This document shows positions 16,489 through 25,970 of a DNA stretch of 64,000 nt, piece after piece (position 1 is the first letter of the stretch; every line of letters begins with the position of its first letter). The stretch is from the NCBI GenBank assembly GCA_030649025.1, contig JAUSGO010000022.1, positions 9,023 through 73,022 of the forward strand. Direction: 5' to 3'. The notes under the pieces were generated by a model. The model was not told where the DNA came from. It ran no database searches and worked only from the letters and a program-made list of their open reading frames with translations. The stretch comes from a bacterium. Its GTDB lineage: Bacteria; Patescibacteriota; Minisyncoccia; JAUYLV01. Made by a program: the position numbers and the translations under genes.

Positions 16489-17571
16489 GTGCTTATCGGT
16501 ATCCATGCCAAAGCCTTATCTGAAACGTATCCGACGGGCGTAGGGTTCTACACACGGTATCTCTTGCAATACCTTTTGGGTCTTCCTGAAGCGGGCACGC
16601 ACCGCTTTTTATTATATCTTGCCAAGAACGGAGCCGATCAATATCCGGCAAACATCACCAAGAAAATTCTTTCCTCTCCGTTTCTTTGGACCCAGAGTCG
16701 TCTTGCCATAGAACTTTTACTACACAAACCAGATGTGTTTTTTGTTCCCCAGCATGTGTTACCAAAAACCGCGCCGAAAAATTCCGCAGTGACTATCCAC
16801 GGACTTGAATTTGAGCGATTTCCGGATCACTACGCATGGCAAGAGCGCATGTACTTGAGATGGGTGACAAGGGATGCCGTGAAGCGCGCCTCTTGCATCA
16901 TTGCGGTGTCGAACGCGACAAAACAAGACCTTATGGAATTTTATCGCTTGCCGGAAGAGAAGATAACGGTTGTGCATCACGGAGCACCACAAAGAATATC
17001 CAATATCAAATATCCAATATCAAATAAAAGAATGGATACGCCTTATTTTCTTTATATCGGGAGGATTGAGAAAAAAAAGAATGTTGACGGTCTCATTCGG
17101 GCCTTCACGATTGCAAAAGAAAAATACAAATTACCGCATAAGTTGATACTTGCTGGTAGCATCGGCTTTGGATTTAGTTCTAAGAAGCTATCAGCTATAA
17201 GCTATAAGCTGAAAAATCAGATTGAATTTCTCGGTTATATTTCCGAAGAGGCGAAGTGGGAGCTATTACGCAACGCAGAGGCATTCGTATTCCCTTCATG
17301 GTGCGAAGGATTCGGGTTGCCTATTCTGGAAGCACAGCAAGCGGGTGTGCCGGTCATCACTTCAAACATCTCCGCGATGCCGGAAGTGGCAGGCCCTGGA
17401 GGGCTCTTCATTGATCCTTCAAGCCCCGAATCCATTGCCGAAGCCATGCATCGCATTTCCGAAGATAGAAAATTGCGCGAGAATCTTATCGCTGCCGGCT
17501 ATAAGAATGCGCAGCGTTTTTCATGGGAGAAGTGCGCACAGGAAACGCTCAACATATTGATAAAACCATAG
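16489..17571 (+). CDS. Glycosyltransferase family 4 (GT-B fold)
   Basis: The C-terminal EGFGLPILEAQQAGVPVITS is the GT4 E-x7-E region. The coding sequence contains heptanucleotide tandem repeat tracts (see findings). Confidence 0.75.
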   Translation: MLIGIHAKALSETYPTGVGFYTRYLLQYLLGLPEAGTHRFLLYLAKNGADQYPANITKKILSSPFLWTQSRLAIELLLHKPDVFFVPQHVLPKTAPKNSAVTIHGLEFERFPDHYAWQERMYLRWVTRDAVKRASCIIAVSNATKQDLMEFYRLPEEKITVVHHGAPQRISNIKYPISNKRMDTPYFLYIGRIEKKKNVDGLIRAFTIAKEKYKLPHKLILAGSIGFGFSSKKLSAISYKLKNQIEFLGYISEEAKWELLRNAEAFVFPSWCEGFGLPILEAQQAGVPVITSNISAMPEVAGPGGLFIDPSSPESIAEAMHRISEDRKLRENLIAAGYKNAQRFSWEKCAQETLNILIKP

Positions 17572-17580
17572 TCTTGGAAA

Positions 17581-20500
17581 ATGTCTACACTCACAAAATC
17601 TTTCAAACAACTTTCTAAACTTGACGTCTCCTTGGCAGGGGGCAAGGGGGCGTCGTTAGGAGAGATGACGCAAGCGGGGATTTTAGTGCCGCCGGGATTT
17701 GTGGTGCTCGCCTCGGTATTCGACAGGTTCTGCGCCGAGACCGATCTTGGCATCGAGATAGATTCTATTTTGCACAAGGTGGACCACAAGCGTATCAACA
17801 CGGTGGAAGACGCATCGGAAAATATCAAGGCGTTGATTCTGAACGCAAAGATGCCGGGAGACATCGCCTCGGCAATCAAGAAAGAATTCAAGAAGCTTGA
17901 TGCAATTTATGTTGCCGTGCGCTCTTCAGCAACCGCCGAAGACAGCGCTTCTGCCGCGTGGGCGGGACAGCTTGAAAGCTATCTCAATACGACCGAGAAG
18001 GATTTATTGCAAAACGTACAAAAATGCTGGGCGTCACTCTTTACGCCAAGAGCCATATTTTATCGTTTCGAAAAAGGACTTCATGGTTCTCACATTTCTG
18101 TTGCCGTGGTGGTGCAAAAAATGGTGCAGAGCGAGGTTTCGGGTATTGCTTTTTCGGTGCATCCCGTCACCGAGGACCGCAACCAGCTCATTATTGAAGC
18201 CGGGTTCGGCTTGGGAGAGGCGATTGTCTCCGGGCAAATTACTCCCGATAGTTACGTGGTCGAAAAAGAGCCCCGAAGAATCATCGACAAGAACATTGCC
18301 GTGCAGACCCGTGCCATTGTAAGGACAAAAACAAAAACCGATTGGATAGATATTCCCGAATCAAAAGGCGCGCAGCAGGCTCTTTCGGACAAAGAAATTT
18401 TGCAACTTACCGCGCTTATACTTCGCATCGAGGAACATTACGGCTTTCCGTGCGATATTGAATGGGCGCGAGAGAAAGGCAAGTTTTATATCGTGCAATC
18501 ACGGCCAATTACGACTCTAAAATCAACCCGCGGAGCGAAGCAATATAAAAAAACATACACGCGTGAAAACTGTCTTATAGCTATTCAGATCTGGGAAAAG
18601 CAGCAGTGCGAGCTCCTAAAGGAGAAACTTGATTCTGTGGTGCCTTTTTCTGTCTTTGATGCACACGAGGGAGTAGTGGGCATCTACTACGACGAAAAGA
18701 TTTTCGATATATGGGGAGAGCTCATATCTAACAAAGCCAATAGCGACCCGGCGTTTGTGCCCGAAATAATGAAATGGTATGGAAAGCACTTGGATAAACT
18801 GGAAGCTATTTGGAAACGAGGAAGGGTATTATCCGTTCAAGAGCTCGCAGACCTGTTTGATCTTGCATCGTGGGCTTGGGTAGGACTCTCCATCTCTTAC
18901 TTCTTGCCCTCTCTTACAAATGTATCCAAAAAATCGCAAAACCTGGGCATGGCGTTACGAGAACGGTCAGCAGATTTTCTTGAGCTTACGGATCACACAA
19001 TACAAAATACCCTGCACGGTTTATATCCCGACCTTGGAGACCTGGTGAAGTATCTTGCGATAGAAGAAGTAAAAGAAAATGCCCTACCCTCAGTAGAGAC
19101 ATTGCAAGAACGTCAGCGCCATTATATTTATTTTGGATTCAGGCTGTATACTAATAAAAATGTTCATGAATTTGTGCGAGAAAATGCCATTGTTATTGAG
19201 GAAGAAAAAGTTCCTATGGGCGCTACGGAGTTTGCAGGTCAAACTGCTATGGGCGGTAAAGCGCAGGGGCGAGTTCGTATTTTGCGGAAAAAATCAGAAA
19301 TACCTTTTCTCCAAAAGGGAGAGATCTTGGCAACCGCAATGACAACCCCTGATTATTTGCCTGCCATGCGTAATGCAGTGGCATTTATTACCGATGAAGG
19401 AGGCATTACTTGCCATGCTGCCATAGTCGCAAGAGAGCTGGGAAAACCCTGCATTATTGGCACAAAGATCGCCACCCAGGTGTTAAAAGACGGCGACTTG
19501 GTAGAAGTGGATGCGAATCATGGAATAGTCAAGATATTAAAAAGAGCCGTGCGAGATCTCGAGCAATCACGGCCGATTACGACGTCGCAATCGGTTGGCA
19601 TAGAAGAATCTTTGGAAAAGAGGTTTCTTAATGCTCTGGGAGAAGACGAGCTCTTTAAAGTAGAGGGGGATTTTTTGTTGTTACTGGTGGCGATTGACTG
19701 GTTTAACTACTATGATGAAAAAGGGAAGGTGAAAAATGTGTATCCGGCGCTGTGCCTTAAGAGCGGTTCCACCCTCAACATTTATTGGAGTCTTAGCAAG
19801 TATCGGGAAGTTTCTAAAATGATGTTTCGGATGTATCTGGACAAAAAACTAGACCTAAAGGATTTTCATGAAAAGTATCATGTGCTCAAGCATGAGATAG
19901 ATGATTTTTATCACGCATATTATATCAGCGGCCACACTGATGAGTCGGCATTGCTTGCCAAACTTGGTCGCACACACACTTTCTTGCGGGAGATAGACCT
20001 GCAGACACTCTTTTTAGATGCGCTCGACCAGCGGGCCATAGAAGAAGTGTTAAAGGAAAGAAGCATAGAGATTGATTTAGCTAAAGTATGGCGGGTATCG
20101 CACATACTCGACTCGTATTCCTTCCATACCAAGAATAAGGATGATATTTTGGCGTCCTACAAGAAAAGACCAGAGTCACTTCAGTACGTCTACTCTAATT
20201 ACGTGCACATATGTTCACCAAGCGAGGTTCGAAAGAAGGTGCGCCTGCTCGATATCTCCGCGTTGAAAGGCGAGCTTGAAAAAAATAAAAAAGAAGCCAA
20301 AGAAAATTTAGTGGCAAAGCGGAAAGAAGTTTCAAAACTCTCGCCATTCGAGCGGAAGATATTAGTCTTTGTGGATCTAGCCGGCTATTTGCGCGATGAC
20401 CGTAAGACGCTTATTACGAAGTGCGATGTGCTTTTGTTTAACCTCACATCAGATCTTTACAAGCTTTGGGGCATACGCAAGGAGCTGGTTCCCGTGTCAC

Positions 20501-21066
20501 TGGTGAGCGACGTCCTCAAGGGGAGGGAACGCATAAGGGCTCTTGTACCCACTCTCACGGCCAGATTAAATAAAACGGTACTATTCACGACGGATGGGAA
20601 AAACTATAAAGAGAGCATGGAGGAAGCTGCAGAGGAGATAGAAGCAGCTTACCAGCGTCAGCATGCGCCTAAAGACGCCTCAGTGTTGAGGGGCGAGTCG
20701 GCTTCGACGGGCCTGGCGCGGGGAAGAGTACGCGTGATTATAAAAAAGAAGGATTTCTATATGTTTCGGGACGGAGAGATCCTCGTTGCGGCAATGACCC
20801 GGCCTGAATTTGTGCCGTTAATGAAAAAAGCAAAGGCGATTGTAACTGACGAAGGCGGTATCACAAGCCACGCGGCCATAGTATCTCGCGAGCTTGGGAA
20901 GCCCTGCATCATCGGAACGCGCGTCGCCACCAAATTACTGAAAGACGGCGACTTGGTGGAAGTGGATGCGGAGCGCGGCGTCGTTCGTATTTTAGAGAAG
21001 AAGCCAAGCGAAGTCCCGCCCAGCGGGACGGACAGGGGAGTGGTGAGGATTTTAAAAAAACTATGA
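17581..21066 (+). CDS. PEP-utilizing enzyme family protein (PEP synthase / rifampicin phosphotransferase-like) with a duplicated phosphohistidine swivel module
   Basis: The N-terminal PPDK_N ATP-grasp domain has LAGGKGASLGEMTQAGILVPPGFVV. Two PEP-utilizer mobile domains are present: ...ITDEGGITCHAAIVARELGKPCIIGT... (aa ~600-655) and ...VTDEGGITSHAAIVSRELGKPCIIGT... (aa ~1085-1140). There is no C-terminal PEP-binding TIM barrel. Confidence 0.75.
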   Translation: MSTLTKSFKQLSKLDVSLAGGKGASLGEMTQAGILVPPGFVVLASVFDRFCAETDLGIEIDSILHKVDHKRINTVEDASENIKALILNAKMPGDIASAIKKEFKKLDAIYVAVRSSATAEDSASAAWAGQLESYLNTTEKDLLQNVQKCWASLFTPRAIFYRFEKGLHGSHISVAVVVQKMVQSEVSGIAFSVHPVTEDRNQLIIEAGFGLGEAIVSGQITPDSYVVEKEPRRIIDKNIAVQTRAIVRTKTKTDWIDIPESKGAQQALSDKEILQLTALILRIEEHYGFPCDIEWAREKGKFYIVQSRPITTLKSTRGAKQYKKTYTRENCLIAIQIWEKQQCELLKEKLDSVVPFSVFDAHEGVVGIYYDEKIFDIWGELISNKANSDPAFVPEIMKWYGKHLDKLEAIWKRGRVLSVQELADLFDLASWAWVGLSISYFLPSLTNVSKKSQNLGMALRERSADFLELTDHTIQNTLHGLYPDLGDLVKYLAIEEVKENALPSVETLQERQRHYIYFGFRLYTNKNVHEFVRENAIVIEEEKVPMGATEFAGQTAMGGKAQGRVRILRKKSEIPFLQKGEILATAMTTPDYLPAMRNAVAFITDEGGITCHAAIVARELGKPCIIGTKIATQVLKDGDLVEVDANHGIVKILKRAVRDLEQSRPITTSQSVGIEESLEKRFLNALGEDELFKVEGDFLLLLVAIDWFNYYDEKGKVKNVYPALCLKSGSTLNIYWSLSKYREVSKMMFRMYLDKKLDLKDFHEKYHVLKHEIDDFYHAYYISGHTDESALLAKLGRTHTFLREIDLQTLFLDALDQRAIEEVLKERSIEIDLAKVWRVSHILDSYSFHTKNKDDILASYKKRPESLQYVYSNYVHICSPSEVRKKVRLLDISALKGELEKNKKEAKENLVAKRKEVSKLSPFERKILVFVDLAGYLRDDRKTLITKCDVLLFNLTSDLYKLWGIRKELVPVSLVSDVLKGRERIRALVPTLTARLNKTVLFTTDGKNYKESMEEAAEEIEAAYQRQHAPKDASVLRGESASTGLARGRVRVIIKKKDFYMFRDGEILVAAMTRPEFVPLMKKAKAIVTDEGGITSHAAIVSRELGKPCIIGTRVATKLLKDGDLVEVDAERGVVRILEKKPSEVPPSGTDRGVVRILKKL

Positions 21067-21346
21067 ATAAAAAATACACAGTTCCTGCTATAGCCGACGA
21101 CAACCTTGTTTATTTTGGTCAACGAGTGGAGCTATACTTCGCGTCGGCAATGGTAGCGGGAGGCATGACGGATAAAAAGTTACTCAAACGTGGTTATTTT
21201 TGACAGTGCCGATCGTCAAAAAACAGGAGAAACTCTCGGACTGGATCTCAAAAAACTTACGGAGCTCCGGGAAGAGTATATGAAACGTTACCACGTCAGA
21301 TACAAAGAAGAACCACGCTAGAGGATTGTAATGAGTCTTATCGTGT

Positions 21347-22459
21347 ATGGCATCCGAACTTTCTAATAGAAACATCGCATTCGTCCACGACTACCTGCTC
21401 AATCCCGGCGGAGCAGAGCGGGTTTTAGGCGCGATGGCAGGAGTTTTTCCTGAAGCACCGATTCATGCTCTATTGTATGATGAGGAAAAGATCGGGCATC
21501 TTTTTCCGAAGGAACGCGTGATAATATCATTTCTTCAGCGCTTTCCAAAATTTTTTCAAAATCGACCAAAGTATCTTGCACCGCTTCTTCCCATTGCCGC
21601 AGAATCGTTTGATTTGCGTGATTACGAGTTGGTCATTTCCTCTTCAAGCGCATTTGCAAAAGGCGTTGTGACGCGCGCAAGAACGACACATATCTGCTAC
21701 TGCCACAGCCCCATGCGCTACGCGTGGGATTTTACGCACGAATACCAGACCGACACGCGTGAGAAACGAACAATCCGTTTTCCGGTAAGACTTATACAGC
21801 ACTATCTGCGGCTCTGGGACCGCACAGCCGCAGACCGCGTACATTATTTCATTGCCAATTCAAAAACGGTCTCCGCCCGCATAAAAAAATATTATCGTAG
21901 AGATGCTGCGGTCATATACCCTCCCGTTGCCGTTGACGCGTACCGCCCGACAGAAGCACATGACGGTTATTTTCTCATCGTATCCCGCCTCGTTCCTTAT
22001 AAACGCGTTGATTTGGCCGTTCAGGCGTTCAACAAGCTCCAACTTCCACTGGTGGTAGCGGGAGATGGGGTGGAGCGCAAGAACCTCGAACGTATCGCAG
22101 GACCTACCGTACAATTTCTTGGTCCTGTTTCTGAGGAGAAAAAAAGTGAATTGATGGAACGATGCAGGGCATTTATTTTCCCCGGCGAAGACGATTTCGG
22201 CATTACGGCAGTGGAGGCTATGGCGGCCGGAAAGCCGGTACTTGCGTATCGCAAAGGAGGTGTTTGCGAGACGGTTATTGAAGGAGTGACGGGAGAGTTC
22301 TTTGATGACCCGGCTCCCGAGGCGCTTGCGGATGGCGTTCGCCGTCTTCGCGAGAATCTGCAAAGTTACGATCATGCGCTCATACGGAAGCGAGCGGAAG
22401 AATTTCGCACGGAGCGTTTCCAAAAGGAGTTCAGAGCCTATCTCAAAAATACTTTTTAG
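21347..22459 (+). CDS. Glycosyltransferase family 4
   Basis: FPGEDDFGITAVEAMAAGKPVLAYRKGG (GT4 E-x7-E) and a GT-B N-terminal domain. Confidence 0.75.
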   Translation: MASELSNRNIAFVHDYLLNPGGAERVLGAMAGVFPEAPIHALLYDEEKIGHLFPKERVIISFLQRFPKFFQNRPKYLAPLLPIAAESFDLRDYELVISSSSAFAKGVVTRARTTHICYCHSPMRYAWDFTHEYQTDTREKRTIRFPVRLIQHYLRLWDRTAADRVHYFIANSKTVSARIKKYYRRDAAVIYPPVAVDAYRPTEAHDGYFLIVSRLVPYKRVDLAVQAFNKLQLPLVVAGDGVERKNLERIAGPTVQFLGPVSEEKKSELMERCRAFIFPGEDDFGITAVEAMAAGKPVLAYRKGGVCETVIEGVTGEFFDDPAPEALADGVRRLRENLQSYDHALIRKRAEEFRTERFQKEFRAYLKNTF

Positions 22460-22629
22460 GCGAAATTACAGATTTTGAGGCGAGAGCCGCGCCACAGAAG
22501 CGAGGCGTATTACAGAGTAATACGGTGAGTCTTCGAGAAGCGGCTCGCAGCCCAAAATCTGGGGTTGCAGGCAAGAAGAATTTTTGAGATAGGCTCTCGA
22601 GGAATATGTGGCGAAAGTGTCCGTTTTTT

Positions 22630-22643
22630 GATACCATGGTATC
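22630..22643. promoter_or_regulatory. 14-bp perfect palindrome GATACCATGGTATC immediately 5' of the holB ATG (candidate operator)
   Basis: A perfect dyad ending 1 nt before the start codon. A related CAACCATGGTTG dyad lies at 47503..47514. Confidence 0.3.
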
Positions 22644-23423
22644 ATGAACACCCCTTCTCAATTATATGAGCGGCTTCTCAAGACACATGAAAAGGGGAGA
22701 GTTGCGCATTGTTATCTTTTTACGGGACCCAGGGGAGCTGGGAAAATGGATGTTGCAATGGATCTAGCCGGTACCCTGCTTAATACTCCAAGAGAGCGCC
22801 TTTCTCTGCATCCCGACATGTTAGTGTTAGAACGCTCTTGCGATACAGACGAGCACAAAGAAATCAGTATTAACGAAGTACGCACGCTCAAGCAACGGCT
22901 TTCGTTCACCGCGGGGATGGGAGGATGGAAAGTAGCTATTCTCGAGGGAGCGGAACTGCTCTCAAAGGAAGCGGCTTCTGCGCTTCTTAAGGTTTTGGAA
23001 TCGCCGACGGGGAAAACTGTTATTGTGCTTATTGCGGAACGATATGGCGCTGTGCTGCCGACCATACGTTCGCGCGCAGTCCGCGTCTCGTTTCCACCGC
23101 CGGGCGCCGCGTCAGAAAAGAAAGAGTTCTCCGAAGAACAGACCGTGGAATTTAAAAAGTTTTTCAGCGAGGTCTCGCACATACCGTATGCATTGCGCTT
23201 CAAGGCAAGCGAGCGTTATGCTAAAAGCGCCGGGGATCGTCAAGCTCTCTTGCGATACGCCGCCCTGTTGTTCCATACAGAACTGCTTGAGTGCGCTCGC
23301 GAGTCTATAGTGGCCAGGAAATGCTGTGCGCGCGTCCGAGCACTTATTCGCACCGATGCATTGCTTATGCATACGAACGCGAACCCCAGATTGTTGTTGG
23401 ATGTTTTTCTTATGAATTTATAG
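22644..23423 (+). CDS. holB: DNA polymerase III subunit delta-prime
   Basis: AHCYLFTGPRGAGKMDVAMDLAGTLL (AAA+ Walker A), DEHKEISINEVR, and a sensor / SRC-like region (PTIRSRAVRVSFPPP). Confidence 0.75.
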   Translation: MNTPSQLYERLLKTHEKGRVAHCYLFTGPRGAGKMDVAMDLAGTLLNTPRERLSLHPDMLVLERSCDTDEHKEISINEVRTLKQRLSFTAGMGGWKVAILEGAELLSKEAASALLKVLESPTGKTVIVLIAERYGAVLPTIRSRAVRVSFPPPGAASEKKEFSEEQTVEFKKFFSEVSHIPYALRFKASERYAKSAGDRQALLRYAALLFHTELLECARESIVARKCCARVRALIRTDALLMHTNANPRLLLDVFLMNL

Positions 23424-23424
23424 T

Positions 23425-23555
23425 AGCGGTATGAATCCCGTTAGAGGCCGCGGTCGCTAGCGAGGATTTAAATGAAACAAACTTTTTAGTGAATTCTTAC
23501 TAATTTATCAAGGTATCACGGTCTCAAAAGACCGCGACCTGCCTCTAACGGGATG
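23425..23555 (+). repeat. Family-1 ~131-bp palindromic intergenic element, copy B
   Basis: The same termini and the internal TTTATCAAGGT...AAAAGACCGCG core as copy A. Its 3' end supplies the ATG of 23553..24677. Confidence 0.7.
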
Positions 23556-24677
23556 AAGGCCACTATCGTCATCGTAATTACCATTGGTATTGTGGTCGTT
23601 GGAGCCATTGTCGGCCTTACGTTGCTTTTCGGGCGCTCGAAAAATGGCGCTCCAGCGGACGCAGGCATGACATTGAACCTCGGCAAGACCGGAGCCGATG
23701 GCGGCGTATTTGTAACGGAAGACGGCGGAGTCAATTGGAAGCAACGGGTGAAATTCAGCGAAAAATCTAACATTGGCAGTATTGATGTCAATGATATCGT
23801 TTTTCATCCACAAAATAAGACAAAAATATTTCTTGCCTCAACGGGAAACGGTCTTTTTACCTCCACAAGCGGTTCGGAACCCTGGGTTCGGGTAACCGAT
23901 GAAAAGAACGTTCTTACGCAAGACACCACGGTCCATCAGATCGCGTTTGACCCCAAAGACCCGCAGTATTTTTATCTTGCGGTTGCGCGCGGGGAGGTAG
24001 GTAGGGTTTTGAGGACCGAGGACGGAGGGAAATCGTTCAAAGAAGTATACCAGACGCCAAAATCAAAATCGGCCGTCTACGCCGTTTCTGTGGATCCCGA
24101 TGTTTCGGAGCGTCTTTATATTGGCACCGCGGAAGGTGGCTTATTTGTGAGCCAAAACCGGGGAGAAAGTTGGAGCGTAGTAAAGTGGTTCCCCAGCCCA
24201 GTTCGGCGTATCAATATTCATCCGCAGGATGCGAACTTCATGTATCTTACGTTCCTGGGCAAGGACCTTCCCAAAATCCAGCGCTCCTACGACCACGGCG
24301 GAACGTGGGGAGAGCTTAAAGTGAATCCCCCGAAAGGACAGCGCCTCACGGGCATTTTTGGGCTCACATTCCATCCTACGGACGCCAATGTGCTGTACTT
24401 GGCAACATCTGCGGGGGTGTTTAAGACCCCGGATGCCGGGGCGACCTGGCAGGAGTTTCCGCTTATTATTCCTCCTTCACTTTTACCCGTTTTTTCGGTT
24501 TTGGTAGATCTGAAAAATCCGGAAAACGTTTATGTTGCGGCCACCTCGCAAATATACAAAAGCAGGGATAGCGGCGTAAGCTGGGAAGTGCATAGGGTGC
24601 CTACGACCAAGAACGTGCGTGTGCTCGTGTTCTCGCCCGTGTCCAGCGATATTCTGTGGGCAGGGTTAAGAAAGTAA
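23553..24677 (+). CDS. BNR/Asp-box repeat beta-propeller protein, membrane-anchored
   Basis: An N-terminal TM plus six S-x-D-x-G-x-(T/S)-W Asp-box repeats (TEDGGVNW, TEDGGKSF, SQNRGESW, SYDHGGTW, TPDAGATW, SRDSGVSW). Its ATG lies inside family-1 repeat copy B. Confidence 0.65.
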   Translation: MKATIVIVITIGIVVVGAIVGLTLLFGRSKNGAPADAGMTLNLGKTGADGGVFVTEDGGVNWKQRVKFSEKSNIGSIDVNDIVFHPQNKTKIFLASTGNGLFTSTSGSEPWVRVTDEKNVLTQDTTVHQIAFDPKDPQYFYLAVARGEVGRVLRTEDGGKSFKEVYQTPKSKSAVYAVSVDPDVSERLYIGTAEGGLFVSQNRGESWSVVKWFPSPVRRINIHPQDANFMYLTFLGKDLPKIQRSYDHGGTWGELKVNPPKGQRLTGIFGLTFHPTDANVLYLATSAGVFKTPDAGATWQEFPLIIPPSLLPVFSVLVDLKNPENVYVAATSQIYKSRDSGVSWEVHRVPTTKNVRVLVFSPVSSDILWAGLRK

Positions 24678-24722
24678 GGGGTGTCTGCTCGTTCTCCGGG
24701 CTTCAAATAGAATATAAGATTT

Positions 24723-25274
24723 ATGGAGCATTCACACGAGAAATCAATTTCTTTTTGGCTTATTTCTTTGCTCATTCCTTCTATTGTTATAGCAGTGGGG
24801 ATTTCCTTCTTATCAAGGCCACCACATGATTATGGGTGTCCTTCGGATAAGGTAGAAAAAAGAGAAATACGTCTTAAAACGGACTTACCTGGTCCTTACG
24901 CAAAATCAAATATTCTTAAACCTGGGAGTTCTGGATCGAATGATTGGGAAGAAACTGGATTTTCTATTCTCATTCCATTTAACGAATATGAACAAGAAAT
25001 TAAAAAAACACTCGATTTTAATGTAACCTTCTTAGAAGAGAAGAGGGTTGAGGCTGTGGCAAGAGGGGTGGTTGACGTAACAAAGTTTAGCCCAAGTACA
25101 TATTTTTATTTTCTAACACGTATGTCTAAAGGGGAAGCTACTCTTCTCGATGCTAATTCAAATAGAATACCCAAAATTTATGATATTGTAAGTACTTCGT
25201 CTTGCGGTCATGCGCACTGCGGCGAATATGAGATCAACGGGATGTTAATGGGCCAGGAATGTGTAGTATCGTGA
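24723..25274 (+). CDS. Hypothetical membrane-anchored protein with a Cys-rich C-terminus, in an AT-rich islet
   Basis: An N-terminal TM (ISFWLISLLIPSIVIAVGISFL) and a C-terminal CGHAHCGEYEINGMLMGQEC. GC is markedly lower than in the flanking genes. Confidence 0.4.
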   Translation: MEHSHEKSISFWLISLLIPSIVIAVGISFLSRPPHDYGCPSDKVEKREIRLKTDLPGPYAKSNILKPGSSGSNDWEETGFSILIPFNEYEQEIKKTLDFNVTFLEEKRVEAVARGVVDVTKFSPSTYFYFLTRMSKGEATLLDANSNRIPKIYDIVSTSSCGHAHCGEYEINGMLMGQECVVS

Positions 25275-25322
25275 GTAGATATAATCTTCAAACGGATAGC
25301 GCCATTCGGAATAAGTCACTTA

Positions 25323-25895
25323 ATGTCCAATTTTCTTATGGAAAATCAATTCCTCACCGATTGCAAAAAGAAGTTTGAACATGTGCTGGATATCTTTGTG
25401 AAAGATATTGCTTCTTTGCGCACGGGAAGGGCAAGCCCTGCGCTCGTAGAGGATATTGAGGCGGATTATTACGGCACAAAAACCCCTATCAAGCACATGG
25501 CCGCTATCAATGTTTCGGGTCCTACAGAAATTCTCATACAGCCCTGGGACAAGGCCGCGTTGAAGCCCATTGAAGAGGCTATCCAAAAATCGAAGCTCGG
25601 CATCAATCCCATCGTGAATGCCGATGGCATCCGGTTAAGCCTCCCGAAACTTTCACAGGAGCGCCGGGAGCAACTGGTGAAATTATTGAAGGAGAAAGCG
25701 GAGGAGGCGCGCATCGGGCTCCGCAAAGAACGCGAAGATACCTTGCGCGTGGTTTCTCGGCTTTTTGATGAAAAGAAACTCGGGGAAGACGAGAAGTTCA
25801 GGGCGAAAGATGACGTGCAAAAACTCGTTGATGAATTCAACAAGAAAATAGAGGAGACGGTCGTAAGAAAGGAAGGGGACATCATGACCATTTGA
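25323..25895 (+). CDS. frr: Ribosome recycling factor
   Basis: VKDIASLRTGRASPALVEDIEADYYGTKTPIKHMAAINV... and IRNIRRD-like REQLVKLLKEKAEEARIGLRKERED match the RRF fold. Confidence 0.85.
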   Translation: MSNFLMENQFLTDCKKKFEHVLDIFVKDIASLRTGRASPALVEDIEADYYGTKTPIKHMAAINVSGPTEILIQPWDKAALKPIEEAIQKSKLGINPIVNADGIRLSLPKLSQERREQLVKLLKEKAEEARIGLRKEREDTLRVVSRLFDEKKLGEDEKFRAKDDVQKLVDEFNKKIEETVVRKEGDIMTI

Positions 25896-25924
25896 GAGGC
25901 TTGTTCATGGAACATATTTGAAAT

Positions 25925-25953
25925 AAAAAATCGGCAGGAACGCCGATTTTTTG
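25925..25953. terminator. Bidirectional intrinsic terminator between convergent frr and the GT39-like gene
   Basis: aaaaaATCGGC-aggaac-GCCGATtttttt. Confidence 0.6.
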
Positions 25954-25970
25954 CTTTTTAGATTTTATGA

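Noticed and set aside
17897-18322. 141-aa plus-strand alternative-frame ORF inside the PEP-utilizing gene
   Set aside because: It lies entirely within a motif-supported CDS in another frame.
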